From IMG/VR virus record IMGVR_UViG_3300027296_000001, positions 1-59,778 of that record: a stretch of 59,778 bases of DNA; one strand, given 5' to 3'. The translations under genes and the position numbers were made by a program. Numbering within the stretch: position 1 is the first letter of the stretch; the number at the start of each line of letters is the position of its first letter. This stretch comes from a virus. Below are positions 24,977 to 33,194 of this stretch, one piece after another. The notes below the pieces were generated by a model. The model did not search any database. It saw nothing but the letters and a program-made list of their open reading frames with translations, and was not told the origin of the DNA.

Positions 24977-27288
24977 CCCTCGAAGCCGTCCTCGACCTGG
25001 TCGACAACGCCCCCGCGTTCGTCGACGTCGACCCCGCAACCCTCGCGCAGGCTGAACGCAAGTTCGGACTCGATCAGCTCAACGCCGGCCTGGCACAGGT
25101 CCGCGACGCGGAGGGCGACGATCGTCTGCCGGCGCTGTCGGCGATCGCCGAGCAGCTCGGCCAGCTTGCGGCCGCCGGCGCGATCGACGAGCGGCTCGCC
25201 AAGGCCTCGCTCGAGGACGCCGCCGCCGGCGCCGGCTTGATCGGCGATCTCGGCGCCAAGCCAGTCAAGAGCGCAATTGCCGCCGGCCTGAAGCTGGGCA
25301 AGAAATCTCCCCGGGATCTGACCGAGGTGCGACGCGCCGCTTCAGCGGCGCTTGGAGCACCTCACATCAATGGGCGCCCGCGAGAGGCGGGCGACCGCAC
25401 GATCTCTTCCCCCGCCTTAGCTTCCCCGCCGTCCCCGCCTCCCGGCGACGCAGACGATTCCGATCAAACCCTCGAATCTTCTTCATCTTTCGCTTCGTTC
25501 TCCCCCCGCACCCCCTCAGGGGAAGAAAAGGAGCTCGACGAAACCCTCGAAGACCATGAGGACGACGATAATCAAGGTCCTCCCGATGACACGATCAGCG
25601 ATGAGACGTTCCGGGAGTGCGCTGGCCTTGATCAATCTGACGTCGACAACGGCAAGCGCCTGATCGCCTATTTTGGCCGCGACCTGATGGTGCGGCAGGA
25701 AGACGATGTTGCGGCCGGACAGATGCTCGCCTGGACCGGCACGCACTGGGATCTCGCCGGCGGCGAAGCGCTGGCGCACCTGATCGGTCAGCGCGTTGGC
25801 GATCTAATCAAGCTGGAAGCGGCCTACATCGAGTTCTCGAATTCGGAGGCGCGCGCGGTCAATGCGGCCGAGGCGGCGGCCAAGGAGCTGAAAGACCTCG
25901 TTCCTGATGACACACCCGAACAGCTTGCGAGGGTTGAGGAACTGACGGCGCTCGTCGCTGCGGGGAAAAAGGCGCGGACAGCGCTCTCGACGCGGCGCGC
26001 CAACCGCAAGAAGTGGGGCATCTCGACCAAGAATGCCGGCCGCATCGCCGCAATGATCAAATGCGCGGCGCCTCACCTTCGCCGGCACCCGGACGCCTTT
26101 AACGCCGATCCGCTCAAGGTCGCCACGAAGACCCACACGCTGTCGTTCGTGCCGGTGATGGACCCGGAGAACCCTGATCCTGATGGGAAGCGGCCGCTGA
26201 TCAAGGATGGTCGCGTCCAGTACGAGCTCGTCGCCAAGCCTGGCCACGATCGCGAGGACCTGCTGACTGCGGTCATTCCCTATGCGTACGAGAAGGGCGC
26301 GACGGCGCGCGAATTCAACATCTTCCTAGATCTGTTCCAGCCTGAGGCGGAGAAACGTCGTACCGTGCAGCAGTACTCCGGCATGAGCCTGACGGCCCAG
26401 CCGGTGCAGCGCGTGATGTTCCACACCGGCACCGGCGGCAACGGCAAGAGCGTCTTCCTCGAGGTGCTGGCGCGCGTGTTCGGCGACGGACTGTCGGTCG
26501 GTGTGCCGGCGGAAACCGTCTCCGGCGTAGTGGCGAACAATCCGAGCGCGCCCACGCCGGACATCGCGCGCTGTTATGCGAAGCGCTACTTGAGAATCGC
26601 CGAGCTCCCGAAGGATGCTCCGCTCAAGATGGAAACCATCAAGAAGCTCACGGGCGGCGAGCGCTGGCCGGTGCGAACGATGTACAAGGGCTATTTCGAA
26701 TTCAAGCCGACGGCCAAGCCTCATATGAGCGGCAATGGCGAGCCGAAGTTCGATGGCTCGGACGGCGGCATGCGCAGGCGTCTTGCGATCGTCGAGTGGT
26801 CAGTCACGCTACCGCCTGAGAGGCACCGCGATTTCGAAGATGTGGTTTCCGAGATCGTCGCCGAAGGCCCCGGCATCCTCAACTGGCTGATCGCTGGTGC
26901 GCTCGATTTTCTCAACAACGGCTTCATCCTGTCCGAGGATGTGCTGCAGACCACGGCGGAGCACTTCGCCGAGATGGACCCCGTCGGCCAGTTTGCCGAC
27001 GCGCATGTGAAAGCCGACGCGGGCGGACCGGGCGTGCCGGCGCGCCAGATGTTCCTTGCCTACAAAGCGTGGAGCGAAGCCAACGGCAAGGCGCACATGC
27101 ACGAAACGCGGTTCGGCAGAACGATGAAGAAGAAGTTCAAGCGCGATGATAGCGGTCGCATCCATCGCTACGTCGACGTCGCACTGCACGACGTGCCCGA
27201 AAGCCCAACTCAACCGGGCTCGCAATCTTCACCTCCCAATGATGGTTATCAGCCGCCGACCAACTATCCCGGCGATGAGGAAATCTAA
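24973..27288 (+). CDS. P4/D5-type SF3 replicative helicase (phage/plasmid primase C-terminal family)
   Basis: NGKRLIAYFG..WTGTHWD module. Walker A HTGTGGNGKS. Acidic low-complexity N-terminal third. Confidence 0.85.
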   Translation: MTLEAVLDLVDNAPAFVDVDPATLAQAERKFGLDQLNAGLAQVRDAEGDDRLPALSAIAEQLGQLAAAGAIDERLAKASLEDAAAGAGLIGDLGAKPVKSAIAAGLKLGKKSPRDLTEVRRAASAALGAPHINGRPREAGDRTISSPALASPPSPPPGDADDSDQTLESSSSFASFSPRTPSGEEKELDETLEDHEDDDNQGPPDDTISDETFRECAGLDQSDVDNGKRLIAYFGRDLMVRQEDDVAAGQMLAWTGTHWDLAGGEALAHLIGQRVGDLIKLEAAYIEFSNSEARAVNAAEAAAKELKDLVPDDTPEQLARVEELTALVAAGKKARTALSTRRANRKKWGISTKNAGRIAAMIKCAAPHLRRHPDAFNADPLKVATKTHTLSFVPVMDPENPDPDGKRPLIKDGRVQYELVAKPGHDREDLLTAVIPYAYEKGATAREFNIFLDLFQPEAEKRRTVQQYSGMSLTAQPVQRVMFHTGTGGNGKSVFLEVLARVFGDGLSVGVPAETVSGVVANNPSAPTPDIARCYAKRYLRIAELPKDAPLKMETIKKLTGGERWPVRTMYKGYFEFKPTAKPHMSGNGEPKFDGSDGGMRRRLAIVEWSVTLPPERHRDFEDVVSEIVAEGPGILNWLIAGALDFLNNGFILSEDVLQTTAEHFAEMDPVGQFADAHVKADAGGPGVPARQMFLAYKAWSEANGKAHMHETRFGRTMKKKFKRDDSGRIHRYVDVALHDVPESPTQPGSQSSPPNDGYQPPTNYPGDEEI

Positions 27289-27321
27289 TCAAGGAGGACA
27301 TCTCTGTTGCAAATAGGTCAC

Positions 27322-27651
27322 CGAGGGTCGCGGCTTTTGCGAGGGTTTGACGAGGGTTCGTTTCGTTCGGTCGTAAACCCTCGTCATTCGACATGTGCTT
27401 GTGCCGCAATGGCTTTTGCTATCGCGTCGAGGGTTTCGAGGGTCTCGCGCGCGCATACACATGCGAGAGAGGAAGAGGACGCACATGGCGTCGCGAGACA
27501 ATGGTGACCAGTAAATGGATGGAATGGACTCAGGCGTTACACGGATAAACCCTCGATACCCTCGCGCTCTCCATCTAACCATCGAAGATCATTTACCGAA
27601 TTAAGATCTAGACTCTCTACCAAACCCTCTCTCAACCCTCGCAAACCCTCG
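27322..27651. repeat. Iteron array, putative origin of replication
   Basis: CGAGGGT at 27322, 27340, 27351, 27428 and 27437. Its complement ACCCTCG at 27377, 27549, 27558, 27635 and 27645 (a degenerate copy at 27624). The region is non-coding, directly after the helicase gene. Confidence 0.6.
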
Positions 27652-27727
27652 AAAGAAACAGAAATGCATAAACTCTAACGTTTTTCCTGTTCGAAGCTCT
27701 GGGCAGGCTTTCGAACTACACACACCG

Positions 27728-27756
27728 GAAAACTGTACCAATCGGGTACAGTTTTC
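27728..27756 (+). promoter_or_regulatory. Perfect 12-bp stem hairpin / inverted repeat
   Basis: GAAAACTGTACC-AATCG-GGTACAGTTTTC, about 48 nt upstream of the NusG-like gene. Confidence 0.5.
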
Positions 27757-27804
27757 TGACGGCCAGCAAATCGACAGGGAAAATCGAGATGTTGGAGCTA
27801 TCGA

Positions 27805-28461
27805 ATGAAACCGATCGCGGAAGCGTTCGAAGATCTATCGCCAGAGGTGCGTGCAGAACTGCTCCGGCCTGCGCAGTCGCGTGATCCGCGCTATGCCGAA
27901 ATCGTCGAAGGGTTGGTCCCGAGGTGGTACGTCGTTGAGGTTTTCGCTTCGGCGCAAGCCGAGGTGGCCGAGACGCTGATCGGCCATCGCTTTGGGGTGT
28001 ATGTGCCGGAAGTCGAGGAGACCGTCGTCAGGCGCGGTCGCAAGTTCGATCGGTGCGTGCCGATGTTCTCTGGCTATCTCTTCGTGTTCATGTGGTACAG
28101 CGACGCGCACTGGCAGTGCATCAGCAGCATTCCGGGTGTCGTCGAGATCGTCGGCTCATTGACCGATGCCGAGATCGATGTCGTTCGAGCCATGGAAAAC
28201 TTGAAGCGACCCGTGATCATCGACGTCGAGCCAGAGCCCGAACCGGCGCCGGTCGTGCGAGCGAAGTCCAAGAAAAAGCGGCGCTGGAAGAACCGCAAGG
28301 GCGCCAAGGCCAAGGCGCAGGTGAAGCCGAAGGTGATCACCGAGGCCTATCTACGGTCCCAGATCGTAACTACCCGTGCATGGTCGGCGTTCGATGACGT
28401 ACTACAGCTTGACAGTGAGGGAAGGAATCAGACCTTGATGCGCGCCTTGGGCCTGTCCTAG
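27805..28461 (+). CDS. NusG/RfaH-like NGN-domain protein without a KOW domain, with a basic tail
   Basis: RWYVVEVFASAQAEV...VPMFSGYLFVFM...IPGVVEIVG matches the NGN pattern. The C-terminal part is a K/R-rich linker with no KOW-like GxxVxV motif. Confidence 0.8.
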   Translation: MKPIAEAFEDLSPEVRAELLRPAQSRDPRYAEIVEGLVPRWYVVEVFASAQAEVAETLIGHRFGVYVPEVEETVVRRGRKFDRCVPMFSGYLFVFMWYSDAHWQCISSIPGVVEIVGSLTDAEIDVVRAMENLKRPVIIDVEPEPEPAPVVRAKSKKKRRWKNRKGAKAKAQVKPKVITEAYLRSQIVTTRAWSAFDDVLQLDSEGRNQTLMRALGLS

Positions 28462-28557
28462 TACCGACCGCATCACACGGAACGCCGGAACGGACGCCCA
28501 TCGAAGCAGAGGTGATGCTTCACAAATCCGGCAATGTGCCCAAAGCAATCTATCCGA

Positions 28558-28593
28558 AGCCCCGAGGCGGAAACGTCCGGGGCTTTCGTGTTT
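28558..28593 (+). terminator. Intrinsic terminator t1
   Basis: AGCCCCG..GGCG-GAAA-CGTC..CGGGGCT stem (11 bp, one bulge, GAAA tetraloop), followed by TTTCGTGTTT. Confidence 0.65.
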
Positions 28594-28661
28594 GCGTAGG
28601 TTGTGCGGTAGCTGGTTGTGCAGTTACCGCTGCCCTCCTTGGGCGTTTCCTCCCTAGACTT

Positions 28662-28697
28662 GGGCCGCTTCCTGATCGGAGCGGCCCAATCTTTTGT
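28662..28697 (+). terminator. Intrinsic terminator t2
   Basis: GGGCCGCT-N10-AGCGGCCC followed by AATCTTTTGT. It lies 10 nt before the SD of the HNH gene. Confidence 0.7.
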
Positions 28698-28706
28698 AGG
28701 TGATCG

Positions 28707-29063
28707 ATGGCTGGAAGGTTGCGTGTACTCGGCCAGAAGCTGGCGTCATCGACCCGCCACAGGCTGAGCCTACCGGGCAAGAAGGTCGACGGGTTCTACA
28801 CGTCGCCGGCTTGGCGTCTGCTCTGCGACGAGATCAAGCGGGAGCGCTGGCCGATGCTGCTGCAGCGTCAGGGTCATTGCTGCGAAGATATCGATTGCCG
28901 TGCGAGGCACACGCCGACCACCCGCATCTTCTTCGATCACATCAAGGAGCGACGTGACCGTCCGGACCTCGAGCTGGTCAAGTCCAACATCATGGGCCGC
29001 TGTGGCTCATCGCACAGCAAGAAGACCGCCATCGAGCGCGCCAAACGTTATCAGCAGGGATAG
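28707..29063 (+). CDS. HNH endonuclease (terminase-associated type)
   Basis: FFDHIKERRDRPDLELVKSNIMGRCGSSHSKKT. Several Cys and His residues. Position upstream of terS. Confidence 0.8.
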   Translation: MAGRLRVLGQKLASSTRHRLSLPGKKVDGFYTSPAWRLLCDEIKRERWPMLLQRQGHCCEDIDCRARHTPTTRIFFDHIKERRDRPDLELVKSNIMGRCGSSHSKKTAIERAKRYQQG

Positions 29064-29132
29064 GGGGTTTAATTCCCTCGAGACACCTCCTCGTAACCGC
29101 ACATCCCCTCATACGCGTAAAATTTTTATTCT

Positions 29133-29155
29133 GGGCTGTAGGTTTGAATCAGCCC
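29133..29155 (+). other. Hairpin in the AT-rich spacer upstream of terS (possible cos/terminase recognition region)
   Basis: GGGCTG-N11-CAGCCC, preceded by TAAAATTTTTATT. The location is the only argument for function. Confidence 0.25.
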
Positions 29156-29178
29156 CGATTAATCAATGGAAATCAAAC

Positions 29179-29814
29179 GTGGCTGAAACGGCAGTGAAAA
29201 CAGCGAAGGACGGGTCTCGCCGCGGCGGGGCACGGCCCGGTGCTGGCCGGAAGAAGCGGGAGCTGTCGGCGCCGACGTCTCTGTCCGAGCTCGAGCTCAA
29301 GGCGTTACTCGCCGAGCCTGCTCCGGAGGAGATCGATGGCCTGGCGCAGCGTCATGCAGACCTCGCCATCGAGACGCTGGCGCGGCTGATGATCTATGGC
29401 GGCAGCGAGGCCGCGAAGATCACGGCCGCGAAAGAGATCCTCGACCGCGGCTATGGCAAGCCAGCCGTCGAGATCGGCGGCGACGCTGCCATGCTGCCGT
29501 TCATGATGGCGCCGCAGGCTGCGCCATCGCTAACAGACAACGTCCGCACGCAGGCGCGCAAGTACGCGTCCGTTGCTGTCGCCGTGCTGCGCAAGATCGC
29601 GCAGGACGGCCAGAGTGAGACCGCGCGCGCCGGCGCTTCCAAGGCGCTGCTCGATCGCGGCCTTGGTACAGTCGGCAAGGCCCGCATGCCTGACGAGCAG
29701 CGTGATCGTCCGCTCGGCAAGAAGGAGGAGGCCGCGCAAGCCGCAGCAGCCGCGGCGACCGGCCGCCTCGCGACGCCACGTCCGCCGCGTGCGGTGACTG
29801 ATCAGCTGCAGTGA
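29179..29814 (+). CDS. terS: Terminase small subunit
   Basis: GTG start. N-terminal GGARPGAGRKK motif. Lies immediately upstream of terL and is coupled to it. Confidence 0.65.
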   Translation: MAETAVKTAKDGSRRGGARPGAGRKKRELSAPTSLSELELKALLAEPAPEEIDGLAQRHADLAIETLARLMIYGGSEAAKITAAKEILDRGYGKPAVEIGGDAAMLPFMMAPQAAPSLTDNVRTQARKYASVAVAVLRKIAQDGQSETARAGASKALLDRGLGTVGKARMPDEQRDRPLGKKEEAAQAAAAAATGRLATPRPPRAVTDQLQ

Positions 29815-31598
29815 CGCCGAGTTGGACGACCGCGTGTCCGGATTGGGCACAGCGCATTGTCAATCGACAGTCGCTGCTGCCGTTCGATCCGCTTTTTCCG
29901 GAGGAGGCCGAGGCCGCGCTCGCGATCTATCGGGATCTCATCCTGGTCGACGTGGCCGGCAAGCCGACGATGGAGCAGGCCTGCTTGCCGTGGGCCTTCG
30001 ATCTGCCGCGCGCGCTGTTCGGCTCCTACGATCCGGATTCCGGCCGCCGGCTGATCCGGTACTATTTCGAGTTCGTGGCGAAGAAGAACGCCAAATCCAC
30101 CCGCGCCGCGGGCATCATGGTGACGGCGCTGATCCGCAATTGGCGGGAGTCCGGCGAGTTCTACATCCTCGCGCCCACCAAGGAGATCGCCGACAATTCG
30201 TACATCCCGGCGCGCGACGCCATCATGGCCGATCCGGGTCTAAAGGCGATCCTAAAGCCCAGCGCCGGCCGCATTATCGAACATCGCAACACTGGCGCCT
30301 TCCTGAAGGTGGTGGCGGCGGACAGCGAAACGGTCACCGGCAAGAAGACGATCGGGCTCCTGGTCGACGAGCTCTGGCTGTTCGGCCATCGCAGCGGCTC
30401 CGAGACCATGCTGAACGAGATCGAGGGCGGTCTCGCATCGCGGCCGGAAGGCTTCGTGATTTATCTGTCGACCCAGTCGAACCGGAAGCCTGCCGGCATC
30501 TTCGAGCAGAAGCTGAACCGTTTCCGCGATATTCGCGACGGCAAGCTGGTCGATCCGACCAGCCTGCCGCTCCTGCACGAGTTTCCAAAGAATCTGCTCG
30601 AAAGCGGCGAGTACAAGAAGCCGGAAAACTGGCACATCCCGAATCCGAACCTGACCAAGTCGGTCGATGTCGAGTACATCCGCCACAAGCTCAGCGAGGC
30701 CGCGCGTTCCGGCAAGGCCTCCGTCATCGACATTGAGGCCAAGCACCTCAACGTCCAGGTCGGCACGGCGTCTGGCGTTGACGGCTGGGCCGGCGCCGAG
30801 ATTTGGGATGAGGGCGTTGAGGAGGTTTTAACCCTTGACGAGATCTTGAACCGATCGGAAGTCGTCACCATCGGCGTCGATGGCGGCGGTCTCGATGACC
30901 TGCTCGGGGTAGGGGTCATCGGGCGAGAGAAGGGCACACAGCGCTGGCTCGGCTGGGCGTGTGGCCTGATCTCGACGATCGGCATCAAGCGCCGCAAGGT
31001 CAACGCGACCGAGTATGTGAAGTTCAAGCGTGCCGGCGAATTGATTGTGTTTCGGTTCGCCGGCGAGGTCGATGGCGTGAGGACCTTTGAGGAAGATGAG
31101 AGCCCCGAGATCGCCGAGCTCGCGGAGGGTGCGCTCGAACCCTCGATCGAACCTGGCGCGTTGCCGCCCGACATCCAGTTCGTGGTCAACCTGGTCAAAC
31201 GCATCCAGGAGCGCGGACTGCTCGCGCAGGTGGGCGTCGACGCCGCCGGTATCGGTGCCATTGTCGACGCGCTCGCCAAGATCGGCGTGACACAGGATGC
31301 GGAGACTCTCGACGCGGTCCGCCAGGGCATTGCGCTGATGGGCGCGATCAAGACCATCGAGCGGAAGCTCGCCGATCGCAGCTTTGTTCACGGGGATCTG
31401 CAGCTGCTCGCATGGTGCGTTGGCAATCTGAAGATCGTACCGACGCCAACCGCGATGCGCGTCGCTCGCGACGAATCCGGTTTCGGAAAAGTTGACCCGG
31501 CGATGGCGCTGTTCAACGCGTCGCATCTGATGAGCCTCAATCCCGAGAGCAATACCAAGCGCTCGGCCTATGAGGATCGCAATCTCTTGGTGGTTTGA
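29811..31598 (+). CDS. terL: Terminase large subunit (Terminase_1 / HK97-like)
   Basis: 595 aa. GTGA-coupled. Layout and position match Terminase_1 family proteins. Confidence 0.9.
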   Translation: MTPSWTTACPDWAQRIVNRQSLLPFDPLFPEEAEAALAIYRDLILVDVAGKPTMEQACLPWAFDLPRALFGSYDPDSGRRLIRYYFEFVAKKNAKSTRAAGIMVTALIRNWRESGEFYILAPTKEIADNSYIPARDAIMADPGLKAILKPSAGRIIEHRNTGAFLKVVAADSETVTGKKTIGLLVDELWLFGHRSGSETMLNEIEGGLASRPEGFVIYLSTQSNRKPAGIFEQKLNRFRDIRDGKLVDPTSLPLLHEFPKNLLESGEYKKPENWHIPNPNLTKSVDVEYIRHKLSEAARSGKASVIDIEAKHLNVQVGTASGVDGWAGAEIWDEGVEEVLTLDEILNRSEVVTIGVDGGGLDDLLGVGVIGREKGTQRWLGWACGLISTIGIKRRKVNATEYVKFKRAGELIVFRFAGEVDGVRTFEEDESPEIAELAEGALEPSIEPGALPPDIQFVVNLVKRIQERGLLAQVGVDAAGIGAIVDALAKIGVTQDAETLDAVRQGIALMGAIKTIERKLADRSFVHGDLQLLAWCVGNLKIVPTPTAMRVARDESGFGKVDPAMALFNASHLMSLNPESNTKRSAYEDRNLLVV

Positions 31599-31602
31599 GA
31601 AC

Positions 31603-31821
31603 ATGTTGCTGCAGAGATTACGATCGGCTTCGCGCCGCACCGGCGCGGCACTGGTGCGAGTGGCCGCGGCGCTCGCGTCGCCGATCGGCTTTCGCGAACT
31701 CATGCTATTCGCCGGCGCGGGTCTGATCGGCTTCGGCGCTGCCCAGATCTATCCGCCGGCGGGGTGGGCGTTGCCCGGCCTGATCCTCGCCGGCGTTGCT
31801 ATCTTCGGGGTGCGTAGCTGA
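31603..31821 (+). CDS. Small membrane protein
   Basis: Two hydrophobic segments. Lies between terL and the portal gene. Confidence 0.45.
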   Translation: MLLQRLRSASRRTGAALVRVAAALASPIGFRELMLFAGAGLIGFGAAQIYPPAGWALPGLILAGVAIFGVRS

Positions 31822-33194
31822 TGGGTGGACTGGTCACCTTCGCGCCGTCGCGACTCGAGGTCACCCGCTCGGATGAGTTTTCGCGCGGATTTCTGCCGGC
31901 GCTTGGCGGTATGGTGTCATCGGCGGGGGTGAACATCACCCAGTCGACGGCGATGAGCATCTCGACGGTGTTCGCCTGCGTTTCGATCCGCTCCAAGGAT
32001 GTCGCGCGCTGCCTGCCTCGCCTCGTGAAGGAGGACTCGGCGCGCAGCGAGAAGCCGGTTAAGGATCACCCGGTCGCGAAGCTATTCCTGCGGCCGAACT
32101 GGATCCAGACCTGGGCCGAGTTCGCGCTGCAGATGAACGCGGCCTATTTGCTTCGCGGCAACGCCTATGCGGTGATCCTGCGCAATGCCAAGCAGCAGCC
32201 GGTGGCGTTGATCCCGGTCAATCCGGATTGCGTCACGCTGCTCGAAGCTGTTGACGGCTCGCTGTTCTACCAGGTCACGCGATCCGGTCTGTTCCAGATG
32301 GCGGCGTTGCGTGGTCAGCCGATCGCAATCCCGGAGGAGGACGTCTTCCACCTGCGCGGCATGTCCTTCAACATGCTGCTCGGCATCTCCATCATCAGCA
32401 TCGCGCGGGACAGTCTCGGCCTCGCGATGGGGCTGGAGCAACAGGCCTCGCGCTTCATGAAGAACGGGGCGCGGCCGTCGGGTGTGCTGCAGTCGGATAA
32501 GACGCTGTCGGAGGCCGCGGCGAAGCGGCTGCGCACCCAGTGGGAAAATCTGCGGGCTGGCCTCGACAATGTCGGCCGCACCGCGATCCTCGAGGATGGC
32601 GTCAAATGGAATGCAATGCAGCTCTCGTCGGTGGATCTCGAGTTCATCGCGCAGCGCAATTTCAGCGTCGGAGAGATCGCCCGCTGGTACGACATGCCGC
32701 TCTATAAGCTGGGCGTGCCGCAGGAGATGGCCCGCATCAAGTTCGACGATGCCGATCAGGCCTACGTCAATACCACGATCATGCCGGACCTCGATCTGTG
32801 GGAACAGAAGTTCGTCCAGAAGTTCGACCTGGACGAGGAGGGGCTGACAGCGGACTTCGATGAGCGCCGGCTGCTCCGCGCCGCCGAGGCGACACGAGTC
32901 AACAACCAGCGTCTCAAAATCATGTCGGGAATTTCAACGCAAAATGAATGCCGCGCCGAGAACGGTGATCCGCCGCTGGAAGGCGGCGATGTGCTGCTAA
33001 CGCCGGTGAACCTGGCGGCGTCGGGCTCCGATATGACAGGGAGCGCGCCGGATGGCGCGGGGCGCCCGTCGAACGGCACGGCGCCCGATCCCGGCGCGCC
33101 GAACGCGACGCCGAAGAAAGTCGTGCCGTACCTGGTCAAGGACCAGAGCACGGCTGTCCAGCATCTCCTTGCATCTCCGGAACCGCAGCAATGA
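31821..33194 (+). CDS. Portal protein, HK97 family
   Basis: 457 aa. Position and pattern: FACVSIRSKD..LLRGNAYAVIL..ARWYDMPLYKLG. Confidence 0.9.
   Translation: MGGLVTFAPSRLEVTRSDEFSRGFLPALGGMVSSAGVNITQSTAMSISTVFACVSIRSKDVARCLPRLVKEDSARSEKPVKDHPVAKLFLRPNWIQTWAEFALQMNAAYLLRGNAYAVILRNAKQQPVALIPVNPDCVTLLEAVDGSLFYQVTRSGLFQMAALRGQPIAIPEEDVFHLRGMSFNMLLGISIISIARDSLGLAMGLEQQASRFMKNGARPSGVLQSDKTLSEAAAKRLRTQWENLRAGLDNVGRTAILEDGVKWNAMQLSSVDLEFIAQRNFSVGEIARWYDMPLYKLGVPQEMARIKFDDADQAYVNTTIMPDLDLWEQKFVQKFDLDEEGLTADFDERRLLRAAEATRVNNQRLKIMSGISTQNECRAENGDPPLEGGDVLLTPVNLAASGSDMTGSAPDGAGRPSNGTAPDPGAPNATPKKVVPYLVKDQSTAVQHLLASPEPQQ

Noticed and set aside
28512-28703. The 63-aa ORF between the NusG-like gene and the HNH gene.
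   Set aside because: It spans two terminator hairpins, has no SD, and its sequence is implausible. The region is better explained as a regulatory leader.
29133-29155. The hairpin GGGCTG-TAGGTTTGAAT-CAGCCC read as a tRNA T-arm or tRNA gene.
   Set aside because: The loop is 11 nt and is not TTCRANY. There are no acceptor, D or anticodon arms in the AT-rich flanks.
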